This document shows positions 11,611 through 26,378 of a stretch of DNA of 64,000 nt, in pieces. The stretch is from Eledone cirrhosa. Taxonomy: Eukaryota. The stretch is from NCBI GenBank assembly GCA_964016885.1, contig OZ024766.1, positions 16,802,001 through 16,866,000 on the forward strand. The letters run 5' to 3'. Under the pieces are notes generated by a model. That model was given only the letters and a program-made list of their open reading frames with translations. It ran no database searches and was not told where the DNA came from. The position numbers and the translations under genes were made by a program. Each line of letters begins with the position of its first letter. Within the stretch, counting starts at the first letter, position 1.

Positions 11611-14600
11611 ATTGAATTCCAGCAATGAATAGCAATGCGGGATGCCAGAGCCAGAAGAAATTGAGGTAACACAATCAGTTTTTCAGGAGACAAACCATGA
11701 TATTGAAGTGTTGTGTAAGTTTGTGGATGAAAATAAACCTTGACTGGTGGATAACCAGAAATATGCCTACCACAACATCTTGAAAAACATTCAACATGAC
11801 AGCACCCAGCACTCACTGTAAATGAGGTTGGCATTAGGAAGGGCGTCCAGCTGTAGAAATCAAGCCAGAATCAGTTCCCTTCCCACCCTTGCAAGCAGGG
11901 AAAAAGTGGACGTGAAATGAAATGATGATGAATGATGATGTCCCTCCCATTTTTCCAATAGAGTCACTTTAATGAATCAAAAGATAAATCGCAGAAAAAC
12001 AGGCCCTAAAATATATTTTCTGTGCTATTTCTAACTTCACCTTTTCTCTATATATATAGAGAGAGAGCGAGAGGACAATTTGTCATGTCTTCATTACATT
12101 TATTGAGCAGTGAAGCACGTTTTGCTATCGATCAGCTCAAGGTTTGATCTGTATTGATCTAGCCTGACTCTGGAATCAAAAGCTTGTCAGACTTCTGTTG
12201 TGGTAATGTTACAATCCCTAGATATCATCATCATCGATTAATGTCTATCTTCCATGCTAGCATGGGTTGGACGGGTTTGTCGTATTGAGAAGCAAGTTAG
12301 GTCGGGTGACTGTGTCTCGCTCATATATATATATATATAGCAGGCGCTGCAAAAAAAATCCGGAAACTAACCATGCATCCCAGACATGGCTTCAAATGAC
12401 CCAGGCGGGCAGGTGCAGCAAACAAACGTTGCATACCTGACCCTGTGCGTATCGACAATGGTAGGGTTGTAACCATATCTTTTAACAGATAAAAAATTTT
12501 CCGGGAAAGACTGCCCTAACACCAGCTAGAGTTACCTCCCTTGACCTACTGCAACATCAAAACACGCTTTTTTGCGTAGAATGAACTCTGACGTGAACTT
12601 ATCTCTAAAAACACATTCTGGGCCATGTAAGGAACACTTTTTAGTTATTTATACCCTTGAGAAGCCCATCCAGGTGAAAATTACATAGGTGCTATTTTAA
12701 ATAAACATCTTTTAACGGTCTGTTCTGCTATATTTTACTTTTCCACGTATATATATATATATATATATATCAACTAGAAATTGATTGACATATAAATAAA
12801 CATATGAAACCATCACAGGGGATAATTTGTAAAAGTGTGTAAGCACACATAGCTAGGTAGGTAACTAAATAAAGTTTAACTAGAACTTCAAAAATAGATA
12901 CCTTAGAAAATGATTAATCTTCCTTGTATATATTCCATTAAAGAAATATATTTCACCAATTAATCGATTGGTAAACGACAGTAGCCAGATCTTGGATTCT
13001 CAACAAGGAAGAAGTCCAACCATCTGTGTTTACGCATCAAGTTCAAATCAGCGACTGACCAGTAACACGTGCTGTATCTACTAAAAATACACACATCATA
13101 CCAGCTTCGTCCCAGTTAGGTGAATAGGGTTATTGACAACTAGAAACAGCAGTCACGTCCTTTCAACAGAGTTATCTCTACAATTAAGGGGCCGTATTTA
13201 TATATATATTTCCAAAATTAAGATAAATTAAAATAAAATTAATCTATATCAAATTATGGGTGTCATGCCAGAAAGACATGCACCATATCACCCGTAAAAT
13301 AAGCTCCATGGAGCTTATTTTACGGGTGATATGTCACATGTCTTTCTGGCATGACTCCCATAATTTGATTTAGATTAATTTTATTTTAATTTATTATAAT
13401 TTTGGATATATATATATAAATACAGAGAAAGAGAAGAGTAGACAACAAACAATGACAAAGAAGAGGAATTAACCACCCCAGTATTTCACTGGTATTTCAT
13501 TTATTGACCTCAAAATATCGAAGCAACTTTACCTCAGTGGGATTTGTACTCTGAGAACTAGAACAGACACTGAAAATATATCAAGATGTGCACACATGTA
13601 TATAAGAACACATATAAACATACATATACATATACACACACACATATACACAAATAAAGATAATCATTTTCATGGACAGAAATTTCTACACACTGACATA
13701 TACACTCATACATATATATATATATATAGGAAAATGTTTAACCCCGATGGCAGAGCTCAAGCCATTTCGACGGTTATGTCTGGACTGTTTCCAGAAATAG
13801 CTGTCGAAACGGATTGAGCTCTGCCGTCGGGGTTAAACATTTTCCTATTACCCGCTCTACTACCCCAAGTATTGAGTACTCTGGTGCGTATATGGTCCAT
13901 CTGGTTCTTTACCACACCTCCTTTGTTATATATATATATATATAAAATTATAAGAAACGAAAGGAGCTGTGTGGTTACTGTAAACAAAGTTTAAGATGGT
14001 AATATGGATGAAAGGAGAAAATAAACCCTTCATCAGCTGTAAACCGAGATCATAGATGTTTTGGCACATATATATATATACAGTGTTTTTAAATTCTGTA
14101 CCATACAGATTTGTCAGCACAAGTCTTGGTTACAACTTCTACAAATAAAATGAAAGGAGAATAATTTCAGAACAAACAAGTTTTATTCAAGACATTAACA
14201 ACATTGGTGGCACTATTTTGGGTGAGTGATATGGTTTTTATCTTGTCTGATTGTGTTTCTGTTACATTAAGTAACCTTATGTTGGTACCACAACATTTAG
14301 AAAATGATTTACCACAGACATCACAGTGATAAGGTTCCTCTCCTGTATATGTTAGTGTCTAGTGAAGTCACAACATTTAGAGAATGATTTACTGCAGATA
14401 TCACAGTGATATGGTTCCTTTTCTGTAAATGTTAGTGCTGAGTGAAGTGACTTATTTCAGAGAATGATTTCCCACAGATATCACAGTGATATGGTTTCTC
14501 TCCTGTATATATATGTTTGTGTCTAGTTAAGCTAGCTTTTATAGATAACAATTTCCACAGATATCACAGTAATATGGCTTTTCTCCAGTATATATTTATG

Positions 14601-14730
14601 TTTGTATGTAGTTAATGTAGCAATACAAGAGAATAATTTCTACACAATATCAGTGGTATGGCTTCTCACTCATATGAATGTATTTGTGTCTAATTAATTT
14701 ACAATTTTGAGACAATGAGATATGACTTTG

Positions 14731-16428
14731 TTATGGTTTCTTACCTGTATGGGTAAATTTGTGTTTAGTTAAATTACTTAATTGAGAGAATGATTTACCA
14801 CAGATATCACAGTGATGTGGCTTCTCACCTGTATGGATACGTAAGTGTTGAGTTAAGGGACTACTTTGAGAGAATGATTTACCACAGATATCACAGTGGT
14901 ATGGCGTGTCTCCTGTATGGATACGTAAGTGCTCAGTTAAGTAACTTCTTCGAGAGAATGATTTACCACAGATATCACAGCGATATGGCTTGTCTCCTGT
15001 ATGGATACGTTTGTGGCTAGTTAAGGCAGGACTTTGAGAGAATGATTTACCACAGATATCACAGTGATATGGCTTCTCTCCCGTATGTGTACGTTTGTGT
15101 CTAGTTAATTTACTATTTTCAAAGAATGATTTACCACAGATATCACGGTGATATGGCTTCTCTCCTGTATGTATACGTTTGTGGCTAGTTAAGGTACTAC
15201 TATCATAGAATGATTTACAACAGATATCACAGTGATATGGCTTCTCTCCTGTATGTATACTTTTGTGTCTAGTTAAGGTACCACTTCGAGAGAATGATTG
15301 ACCACAGATATCACAGTGATATGGCGTGTCTCCTGTATGGATACGTAAGTGTTGAGTTAACGGACTACTTTGAGAGAATGATTTACCACAGATATCACAG
15401 CGATATGGCTTCTCCCCTGTATGGATACGTAAGTGCTCAGTTAAGTAACTTCTTCGAGAGAATGATTTACCACAGATATCACAGCGATATGGCTTGTCTC
15501 CTGTATGGATACGTTTGTGGCTAGTTAAGGCAGGACTTTGAGAGAATGATTTACCACAGATATCACAGTGATATGGCTTCTCTCCCGTATGTGTACGTTT
15601 GTGTCTAGTTAATTTACTATTTTCAAAGAATGATTTACCACAGATATCACAGTGATATGGCTTCTCTCCTGTATGTATACGTTTATGGCTAGTTAAGGTA
15701 CTACTATCATAGAATGATTTACAACAGATATCACAGTGGTATGGCTTCTCTCCTGTATGTATACTTTTGTGTCTAGTTAAGGTACCACTTCGAGAGAATG
15801 ATTGACCACAGATATCACAGTGATATGGCTTGTCTCCTGTATGTATACGTTTGTGGCTAGTTAAGGTACTACTATCATAGAATGATTTACAACAGATATC
15901 ACAGTGGTATGGCTTCTCTGCTGTATGTATACGTTTGTGGCTTGTTAAGGCATTACTCTGAGAATATGATTTACCACAGATATCACAGTGATATGGCTTG
16001 TCTCCAGTATGTACACGTTTGTGGCTAGTTAAGTGACCACTTTCAGAGAATGATTTACCACAGATATCACAGTGATATGGTTTCTCACCTGTATGTATAC
16101 GCATGTGGCTAGTTAATATACTACTTCGAGAGAATGATTTACCACAGATATCACAGTGATATGGTTTCTCACCTGTATGTATACGCATGTGGCTAGTTAA
16201 ATTACTACTTTGAGAGAATGATTTACCACAGATATCACAGTGGTATGGCTTCTCTCCCGGATGTGTACGTTTGTGACTTGTTAATTTACTACTAACAGAG
16301 AATGATTTACCACACACATCACAGTGATATGGCTTCTCTCCTCTATCCTTTGACATCTCTTCTGTAATAGCCATATCTTTAGTCATTGTTTCACATTTAA
16401 CCTTCTTTTCACTCAATTTATTTTCCAT
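14731..16428 (-). CDS. Poly-C2H2 zinc-finger protein, 565 aa, 19 fingers (one with a Cys-to-Arg change)
   Basis: Intact ORF; same leader and finger set as 5987-7264 plus five extra fingers. Confidence 0.93.
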   Translation of the reverse strand: MENKLSEKKVKCETMTKDMAITEEMSKDRGEKPYHCDVCGKSFSVSSKLTSHKRTHPGEKPYHCDICGKSFSQSSNLTSHMRIHTGEKPYHCDICGKSFSRSSILTSHMRIHTGEKPYHCDICGKSFSESGHLTSHKRVHTGDKPYHCDICGKSYSQSNALTSHKRIHTAEKPYHCDICCKSFYDSSTLTSHKRIHTGDKPYHCDICGQSFSRSGTLTRHKSIHTGEKPYHCDICCKSFYDSSTLTSHKRIHTGEKPYHCDICGKSFFENSKLTRHKRTHTGEKPYHCDICGKSFSQSPALTSHKRIHTGDKPYRCDICGKSFSRRSYLTEHLRIHTGEKPYRCDICGKSFSQSSPLTQHLRIHTGDTPYHCDICGQSFSRSGTLTRHKSIHTGEKPYHCDICCKSFYDSSTLTSHKRIHTGEKPYHRDICGKSFFENSKLTRHKRTHTGEKPYHCDICGKSFSQSPALTSHKRIHTGDKPYRCDICGKSFSRRSYLTEHLRIHTGDTPYHCDICGKSFSQSSPLTQHLRIHTGEKPHHCDICGKSFSQLSNLTKHKFTHTGKKP

Positions 16429-19403
16429 AATAATTCTTCTTCCCTTGGCAGAATTTACAGATGTAATTCTTTAATATTTTTCATATTATATTCCTAAAAA
16501 ATATTTCTTCTGTTATATTTCCCTCAATTATGATCTCAGTTAATACCTGAAGATGATGCAAACTTCTTTGTCATTGAAGCTGAGTTAAAATACAAAATAT
16601 ATCTCTCATATATATATACCACACAGTGAAGAAAAGGAATTTTGTCTTTAAACTCAGTTCTGAGGAAATATATCACAGTAATTCTGATAGATTTATATAA
16701 ACAGTGTTATATAAGTTCTGTTTAAAAAGTTTTAATCTTCAAATGATGATAAATAGAGGTGATGTATCCAAGATTGAAGATAATAATTTATCCTAATGTC
16801 ATCTGATATTCTGAAATGAAAAAGAAACAGTATGAAATAATAGAGAATACTTAAGAAGCAGAGATAGATTTAACAGTGGAAATTTTACATCTATAAACCC
16901 TGGAAACTTTTTATTGAAAAATCAAATTATTTTAGTTTTTAATTAGTTACAAGAAATCTTTCTCCACACCTGCAACCATGAGTGCATCTGGGGTTCTTTT
17001 CTCTTCAGAGAGATGGATCCTCATGAGGTGGAGAGAATACTTTGCTGATCTCCCAAACCCGATCACAACAGCATCTTCGGATGTACATGAGGTGAATCTG
17101 ATAGCGGTGACTAATCTCTCGGAGGCTGAGGTCACAAGAGCAATTAAAGAGCTCAAATGTGACCGACTCATGTGTGTCAGATGGCCTGGGTCTCTGAAAT
17201 GGCACTCAAGCAAAGGCAATCGGGAGTGATAATCCCAATTTATAAAAAGGGACACACGAGAGGTTGTTCCAAATAGAGAGGGATCACCTTGTTAAGACTC
17301 CCTGGTAAAGTATATGCAAAGTTTCTGGCAAAGTGATGTAGCGAGTCCAAGCTAGCTGATGGACAGTGCTGTTTTCTCCCTGGGTGCAACATAACCCACC
17401 AAATATTCACACTGTGGCAGGTCTTTGAGAAATCGTGGGAGTATTGCTAAGAGGTATATATTATCGTTTTATAGACCTTGAAAATGCACATGAACGCATT
17501 CTTCAGGACCTGCTGAGCATACAGGAGTTCCCATGGGCAGCCAGTCTTAAACATCTCTGTTATAGGCTGCAGGACGATAATAACTAAGTGAGGGCTAAGA
17601 ACAGAGCCCTGGTGGACACCAGACTACACTCCAAATTATTCACTATAATTGTTTCTATTTTAAACACAAGGCCAGCAATTACCCAGTACATTACTGGTAC
17701 TTTATTTTATCAACCCCGTATGGATGTAAGTCAAAGTTAACCTCGGCGGGATTTGAACTCAGATCATAAAGGGACGTAACTCTGTGCCTCAAAGCATGGT
17801 GTCCGACTCTCTACCGATACTGCCACTTCACTATAATGAATGTTAATCCTGACATTGCTGACTGCTCTTCTATACATGGCTTTATGATCCTCTATACAAG
17901 ACATGTATCAGACGGTTATTCAGCTAGCTCTTTAGAGTATTAGAACCTTATTATGTACAGCCACCGAGATCCCACACCAACAGATGTCCCTTCACCATCA
18001 AAGCAGTTCCCTGAAATACAGATACTCAACCACTACTTGGCTGGCTAACTCAGACATAATTATAATGAAATGAAACCCACAATAAAGTAATGTTCAACCA
18101 TAAGTAGATGAAGTTAATTAAATTGTAAGAGATTTAGACTAAAATAGACAAAATATTAATTTACTTAAAGCAACAACAAGGTACAGCTAAATATAAAATA
18201 TATTTTATAATGTACGGTAGTGAACCACATAATTAAATAGACGGAGGTAATTTAAATAATAAATATATCTTTAATTTATTTAAAGCAATAACAAGGTACA
18301 GCTAAATATAAACTATATTTTATAATGTACGGTAGTGAACAAGATAATTAAATAGACGGAGGTAATTTAAATAATAAAGACAGTCATAACAATATATTTT
18401 ATATCACATGTAACAGTGGAATCTGGTTAATTACTAGGTCGTTGAAGGGGTCACATAATTATATTATTTACACACATTAATATAGACAGTAAAGTAAATC
18501 TTTGTCAACTTACTTCCTTCACATATAATCAATGTATTGTGTTGTTAGTTGTTACTAAACAACCAAAGAAATAATCTCTTTGTTATCAAATTAGAAGTTC
18601 CAATGTTATCAGCTTTATTTCACGACATTAACGTTGGTGTATCTTCTTCATCTTTAGTCATAAATTGATATCTTGTCAGAATGAAGTAGTGAGACTGACT
18701 TTATGTCTTTAGCTACAGATTTGATAGGAAATATATATATTAGGTTGATATGTGGTCTAAAATATATATATTGTCTATAAATGACTGAGCGCAGATGTTC
18801 TGGTGAAATAGTAGTTTTACTACTACAGATTGTAATGGAACTCTTAGTAGACACAATTGTAAAGTAAGAATATATATGACAGTGTAAGACTGATGTCGGG
18901 GAATTAAAATTGTGTGTGTGTATATATATATAATTGTTACACAAGATATAATTAGATTAATTAAAGTTATAACGAAGACAGCAGGTACTCGGTGTCTTAG
19001 CGAATGTTTCGACTCTCGTACGGTGTCAAACGTGAAAAGTCCCTGACATAATTTAGTACCTTCACACACATTTCCAGTCGTATTTAATTCTATAGTGATG
19101 TGATTTATTAAAAAGAAATGTGATAATTGTTTCTACTTTTGGCACAAGGCCAGCAATTACCCTAGTGTATTACTGGTACATTATTTTATCGACCCCGTAA
19201 TAATTGTTTCTACTTTAGGCACAAGGCCAGTAAATACGCCAGTGAATTACTGGTACTTTATTTTATCGACACCGTAATAATTGTTTCTAATTTAGGCACA
19301 AGGCCAGCAAATACCCCAGTACATTATTGGTACTTTATTTTATCGACCCCGTAGGGATGAAAGGCAAAGCTAACCTCTGAGGGATTAACTTTGCTTTTCA
19401 TCC

Positions 19404-21595
19404 TTATCTCTATACATATAGAAAATGGACAGAGTGTGTACTTCACTGAAACCACTGCTCATCAATTGACACCAGCACCACCTGACACTACTCTAACTGC
19501 TTTTTTGAAACTCTGCCAGAATAAAGAATTTGTTCGATCCCTCCTATATGCTGACATCCCAAAATACTACACCTGGACCAATTGTAAGACTTGGAATCAA
19601 AGGAGGCAGGGTCATTTAGTGGAAGGTGATGAAGTCAAGGCAAGTGATGCTATTGGGCATGTTTACAATGACCACCCCAACAACAGAGAGAGTTTTTATT
19701 TACAGCCACTTCTGCATATTGTTCAAGGACCAACGTCATTTGAGGATCTCAGGTGATTTCGTGGAAGAGTGCAGCATATACCAAGAAGCATCTAAAGAAC
19801 ATCAACTCATGCATGGCAATTGACATTAGAAGAAGCAGTCACTGGAGTAGCCAGTTAAATAAGACAGCCATGGACTCCTGTATGACAACTGACATTGGAA
19901 GAAGGGACTAGAAGGAGCAGTCACTGGAGTAGCCAGTTAAATAAGACAGCCATGGACTCCTGTATGACAACTGACATTGGAAGAAAAGAGTAGAAGGAGC
20001 AGTCACTGCAGTGGCCAGTTAAATAAGACAGCCATGGACTCCTGTATGACAACTGACATTGGAAGAAGGGACTAGAAGGAGCAGTCACTGTAGTAGTCAG
20101 TTAAATAAGACAGCCATGGACTCCTGTATGACAACTGGCATTGGAAGAAGGGACTAGAAGGAGCAGTCACTGGAGTAGCCAGTTAAATAAGACAGCCATG
20201 GACACCTGTATGACAACTGACATTGGAAGAAGGGACTAGAAGGAGCAGTCACTGGAGTAGCCAGTTAAATAAGACAGCCATGGACACCTGTATGACAACT
20301 GACATTGGAAGAAGGGACTAGAAGGAGCAGTCAGAGGAGTAGCCAGTTAAATAAGACAGCCATGGACACCTGTATGACAACTGACATTGGAAGAAGGGAC
20401 TAGAAGGAGCAGTCACTGGAGTAGCCAGTTAAATAAGACAGCCATGGACACCTGTATGACAACTGACATTGGAAGAAGGGACTAGAAGGAGCAGTCAGAG
20501 GAGTAGCCAGTTAAATAAGACAGCCATGGACTCCTGTATGACAACTGACATTGGAAGAAGAGACTAGAAGTAGCAGTCTCTGGAGTAGCCAGTTAAATAA
20601 GACAGCCATGGACTCCTGTATGACAACTGAGATTGGAAGAAGAGACTAGTAGGAGCAGTCACAGGAGTAGCCAGTTAAATAAGACAGCCATGGACTCCTG
20701 TATGACAACTGACATTGGAAGAAGAGACTAGTAGGAGCAGTCACAGGAGTAGCCAGTTAAATAAGACAGCTATGGACTCCTGTATGACAACTGACATTGG
20801 AAGAAGGGACTAGAAGGAGCAGTCACTGGAGTAGCCAGTTAAATAAGACAGCCATGGACACCTGTATGACAACTGACATTGGAAGAAGGGACTAGAAGGA
20901 GCAGTCAGAGGAGTAGCCAGTTAAATAAGACAGCCATGGACTCCTGTATGACAACTGACATTGGAAGAAGAGACTAGAAGTAGCAGTCTCTGGAGTAGCC
21001 AGTTAAATAAGACAGCCATGGACTCCTGTATGACAACTGAGATTGGAAGAAGAGACTAGTAGGAGCAGTCACAGGAGTAGCCAGTTAAATAAGACAGCCA
21101 TGGACTCCTGTATGACAACTGACATTGGAAGAAGAGACTAGTAGGAGCAGTCACAGGAGTAGCCAGTTAAATAAGACAGCTATGGACTCCTGTATGACAA
21201 CTGACATTGGAAGAAGAAACTAGAAAGAGCAGTCACTGGAGTAGCCAGTTACATAAGACAGCCATGGATTCCTGTATGACAACTGACATTGGAAGAAGAG
21301 ACTAGTAGGAGCAGTCACAGGAGTAGCCAGTTAAATAAGACAGCCATGGACACCTGTATGACAACTAACATTGGAAGAAGGGACTAGAAGGATCAGTCAC
21401 TGGAGTAGCCAGTTAAATAAGACAGTTGTTTGCTACTATACTCACGGCATGTGGAATAAATCTCATCTACCCTGGCAGGAGTACAAAAACAATATGTCAG
21501 ACGACTATCTACACCTAGCCCAAAGACGTTATAGCAATATTTATGTGGAATCTACCTCCAGGATTTACAATCAACCTGTGTGCAACCTGTCCCAT
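19404..21595 (+). mobile_element. Helitron fragment copy 3 with 82-bp array (~19822-21425, ~19-20 units)
   Basis: Homologous to 793-3400. Confidence 0.88.
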
Positions 21596-23692
21596 TGAAT
21601 TCCAGCAATGAATAGCAATGCGGGATGCCAGAGCCAGAAGAAATTGAGGTAATACAATCAGTTTTTCAGGAGACAAACCATGATATTGAAGTGTTGCGTA
21701 AGTTTGTGGATGAAAATAAACCTTGACTGGTGGATGACCAGAAATATGCCTACCACAACATCATGAAAAACATTCAACATGACAGCACCCAGCACTCACT
21801 GTAAATGAGGTTGGCATTAGGAAGGGCGTCCAGCTGTAGAAATCAAGCCAGAATCAGTTCCCGTCCCACCCTTGCAAGCAGGGAAAAAGCGGACGAGAAA
21901 TGAAATGATGATGAATGATGATGTCCCTCCCATTTTTTCAATAGGGTCACTTTAACGAATCAAAAGATAAATAGCAGAAAAACAGGCCCTAAAATATATT
22001 TTCCGTGCTATTTCCAACTTCACCTTTTCTCTATATATAGAGAGAGAGCGAGAGGACAATTTGTCATGTCTTCATTACATTTATTGAGCAGTGAAGCACG
22101 TTTTGCTATCGATCAGCTCAAGGTTTGATCTGTATTGATCTAGCTTGACTCTGGAATTAAAAGCTTGTCAGACTTCTGTTGTGGTAATAATGTTACAATC
22201 CCTAGATATCATCATCATTGATTAATGTCTATCTTCCATGCTAGCATGGGTTGGACGGGTTTGTCGTATTTAGAAGCAAGTTAGGTCGGGTGACCGTGTC
22301 TCGCTCATATGTAAATATATATATAGCAGGCGCTGCAAAAAAGATCCGGAAACTAACCATGCATCCCAGACATGGCTTCAAATGACCCAGGCGGGCAGGT
22401 GCAGCAAACAAACGTTGCATACCTGACCCTGTGCGTATCGACAATGGTAGGGTTGTAACCATATCTTGTAACAGATAAAAAAAATTTTCCGGGAAAGACT
22501 GCCCTAACACCAGCTAGAGTTACCTCCCTTGACCTACTGCAACATCAAAACACGCTTTTTTGCGAAGAATGAACTCTGACGTGAACTTATCTCTAAAAAC
22601 ACATTCTGGGCCATGTAAAGAACACTTTTTAGTTATTTATACCCTTGAGAAGACCATCCAGGTGAAACGTACATCTTTTAACGGTCTGTTCTGCTATATT
22701 TTACTTTTCCACGTATATATATATATATTTATATATATATATCAACTAGAAATTGATTGACATATAAATAAACATATGAAACAATCACAGGGGATAATTT
22801 GTAAAAGTGTGTAAGCACACATAGCTAGGTAGGTAACTAAATAAAGTTTAACTAGAACTTCAAAAATAGATACCTTAGAAAATGATTAATCTTCCTTGTA
22901 TATATTCCATTAAAGAAATAAAGAAATATATTTCACCAATTAATCGATTGGTAAACGACAGTAGCCAGATCTTGGATTCTCAACAAGGAAGAAGTCCAAC
23001 CATCTGTGTTTACGCATCAAGTTCAAATCAGCGACTGACCAGAAACACGTGCTGTATCTACTAAAAATACACACATCATACCAGCTTCGTCCCAGTGGCG
23101 TGAATAGGGTTATTGACAACTAGAAACAGCAGTCAGGTCCTTTCAACAGAGTAGAGCTCTACAATTAAGGGGCCGTATTTATATATATATATATCCAAAA
23201 TTAAGATAAATTAAAATAAAATTAATCTATAACAAATTATGGGTGTCATGCCAGAAAGGCAGGCGCCATATCACCCATAAAATAAGCTCCATGGAGCTTA
23301 TTTTACGGTTGATATGGCGCCTGTCTTTCTGGCATGACACCCATAATTTGATATAGATTAATTTTATTTTAATTTATCTTAATTTTGGATATATAGATAT
23401 ATATACAGAGAAAGAGAAGAGTAGACAAACAGACAATGACAAAGAAGAGGAATTAACCACCCCAGTATTTCACTGGTATTTCATTTATTGACCTCAAAAT
23501 ATCAAAGCAACTTTACCTCAGTGGGATTTGTACTCTGAGAACTAGAACAGACACTGAAAATATATCAAGATGTACACACATGTATATAAGAACACATATA
23601 AACATACACATACATATATACACACACATATATACACAAATAAAGATAATCATATTCATGGACAGAAATTTCTACACACTGACATATACACT

Positions 23693-23724
<32 letters not shown>

Positions 23725-24680
23725 GGAAAATGTTTAACCCCGACGGCAAAGCTCAAGCCATTTTGACGGTTATTTCTGGACTGTTTCCAGAAATAGCCAT
23801 CGGGGTTAAACATTTTCCTATTACCCACTCTACTACCCTAAGTATTGAGTACTCTGGTGTGTATAAGGTCCATCTGTTTCTTTACCACACCTCCTTTGTT
23901 ATATATATATATATAAGAAACGAAAGGAGCTGTGTGGTTACTGTAAACAAAGTTTAAGATGGTAATATGGATGAAAGGAGAGAAGAAACCCTTCATCAGC
24001 TGTAAAACGACATCATAGATGTTTTGGCACATATATATAGTGTTTGTAAATTCTGTACCATACAGATTTGTCAGCATAAGTCTTGGTTACAACTTCTACA
24101 AATAAAATGAAAGGAGAATAATTTCAGAACAAACAAGTTTTATTCAAAATACTAACAACATTGGTGGCACTATTTTGGGTGAGTGATATGGTTTTTATCT
24201 TGTCTGATTGTGTTTCTGTTACATTAAGTAACCTTATGTTGGTACCACAACATTTAGAAAATGATTTACCACAGACATCACAGTGATATGGTTCCGCTCC
24301 TGTATATGTTAGTGTGTAGTGAAGCCACATTTAGAGAAGGATTTACCACAGACATCACAGTTATAAGGTTCCTCTCCTGTATATGTTAGTGTCTAGTGAA
24401 GCCACATTTAGAGAATGATTTACTGCAGATATCACAATGATATGGTTCCTTTTCTGTAAATGTTAGTACTGAGTGAAGTGACTTATTTCAGAGAATGATT
24501 TCCCACAGATATCACAGTGATATGGCTTTTCTCCAGTATATATTTATGTTTGTATGTAGTTAATGTAGCAATGCAAGTAAATAATTTCTCCACAATATCA
24601 CAGTGGTATGGCTTCTCACTCATATGAATGTATTTGTGTCTAATTAATTTACAATTTTGAGACAATGAGATATGACTTTG

Positions 24681-26378
24681 TTATGGTTTCTTACCTGTAT
24701 GGGTATATTTGTGTTTAGTTAAACTACTTAATTGAGAGAATGATTTACCACAGATATCACAGTGGTGTGGCTTCTCACCTGTATGGATACGTAAGTGTTG
24801 AGTTAAGGGACTACTTTGAGAGAATGATTTACCACAGATATCACAGCGATATGGTTTGTCTCCTGTATGTATACGTTTGTGACTAGTTAAATTACTACTA
24901 AAAGAGAATGATTTACCACAGATATCACAGTGATATGGCTTGTCACCTGTATGGGTACGTTTGTGGCTAGTTAAGTGACTACTTAGAGAGAATGATTTAC
25001 CACAGATATCACAGCGATATGGTTTTTCACCTGTATGTATACGCATGTGTGTAGTTAAGTTACTACTTTTATTGAATGATATACCACAGATATCACAGTG
25101 ATATGGCTTCTCTCGTGTATGTATATGTTTGTGTGTAGTTAAATGACTACTTCGAGAGAATGATTTACCACAGATATCACAGTGATATGGCTTGTCACTT
25201 GTATGGGTATGTTTGTGGCTAGTTAAGTGACCACTTTCAGAGAATGATTTACCACAGATATCACAGTGATATGGTTTCTCACCTGTATGTATACGCATGT
25301 GTTTAGTTAAGTTACTACTTTGAGAGAATGATTTACCACAGATATCACAGTGATATGGCTTCTCTCCTGTATGTATATGTTTGTGTGTAGTTAAGGTACA
25401 ACTTTGAGAGAATGATTTACCACAGATATCACAGTGATATGGCTTGTCTCCTGTATGAGTACGTTTGTGGCTACTTAAGTGACCTCTTCCAGAGAATGAT
25501 TTACCACAGATATCACAGTGATATGGCTTGTCTCCTGTATGGGTACGTATGTGGCTAGTTAAGGTACCACTTTCAGAGAATGATTTACCACAGATATCAC
25601 AGTGATATGGCTTCTCTCCTGTATGTATATGTTTGTGTGTAGTTAAGGTAATACTTTGAGAGAATGATTTACCACAGATATCACAGTGATATGGCTTGTC
25701 TCCTGTATGGGTACGTATGTGGCTAGTTAAGGTACCACTTTCAGAGAATGATTTACCACAGATATCACAGTGATTCGGCTTCTCTCCTGTATGTATATGT
25801 TTGTGTGTAGTTAAGTTACCATTTAGAGAGAATGATTTACCACAGATATCACAGTGATATGGCTTCTCTCCTGTATGTATATGTTTGTGTGTAGTTAAGG
25901 TACAACTTTGAGAGAATGATTTACCACAGATATCACAGTGATATGGCTTGTCTCCTGTATGTGTACGTTTGTGGCTACTTAAGTGACCACTTTCAGAGAA
26001 TGATTTACCACAGATATCACAGTGATATGGTTTCTCTCCTGTATGTAAACGTTTGTGGCTAGTTAAGTTACCACTTTCAGAGAATGATTTACCACAGACA
26101 TCACAGTGATATGGCTTCTCTCCTGTATGTATATGTTCGTGTGTAGTTAAGGTACTACTTTGAGAGAATGATTTACCACAGATATCACAGTGATATGGCT
26201 TCTCTACTGTATGTATACGTTTGTGTCTAGTTAAGGTACTACTTCGAGAGAATGATTTACCACAGACATCACAGTGATATGGCTTCTCTCCTCTATCCTT
26301 TGACATCTCTTCTGGAATAGCCATATCTTTAGACATTGTTTCACATTTAATCTTCTTTTCACTCAATTTACTTTCCAT
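24681..26378 (-). CDS. Poly-C2H2 zinc-finger protein, 565 aa, 19 fingers (second subtype)
   Basis: Intact ORF; leader nearly the same as copies 1/2 but recognition helices mostly different. Confidence 0.93.
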   Translation of the reverse strand: MESKLSEKKIKCETMSKDMAIPEEMSKDRGEKPYHCDVCGKSFSRSSTLTRHKRIHTVEKPYHCDICGKSFSQSSTLTTHEHIHTGEKPYHCDVCGKSFSESGNLTSHKRLHTGEKPYHCDICGKSFSESGHLSSHKRTHTGDKPYHCDICGKSFSQSCTLTTHKHIHTGEKPYHCDICGKSFSLNGNLTTHKHIHTGEKPNHCDICGKSFSESGTLTSHIRTHTGDKPYHCDICGKSFSQSITLTTHKHIHTGEKPYHCDICGKSFSESGTLTSHIRTHTGDKPYHCDICGKSFSGRGHLSSHKRTHTGDKPYHCDICGKSFSQSCTLTTHKHIHTGEKPYHCDICGKSFSQSSNLTKHMRIHTGEKPYHCDICGKSFSESGHLTSHKHTHTSDKPYHCDICGKSFSRSSHLTTHKHIHTREKPYHCDICGISFNKSSNLTTHMRIHTGEKPYRCDICGKSFSLSSHLTSHKRTHTGDKPYHCDICGKSFSFSSNLTSHKRIHTGDKPYRCDICGKSFSQSSPLTQHLRIHTGEKPHHCDICGKSFSQLSSLTKHKYTHTGKKP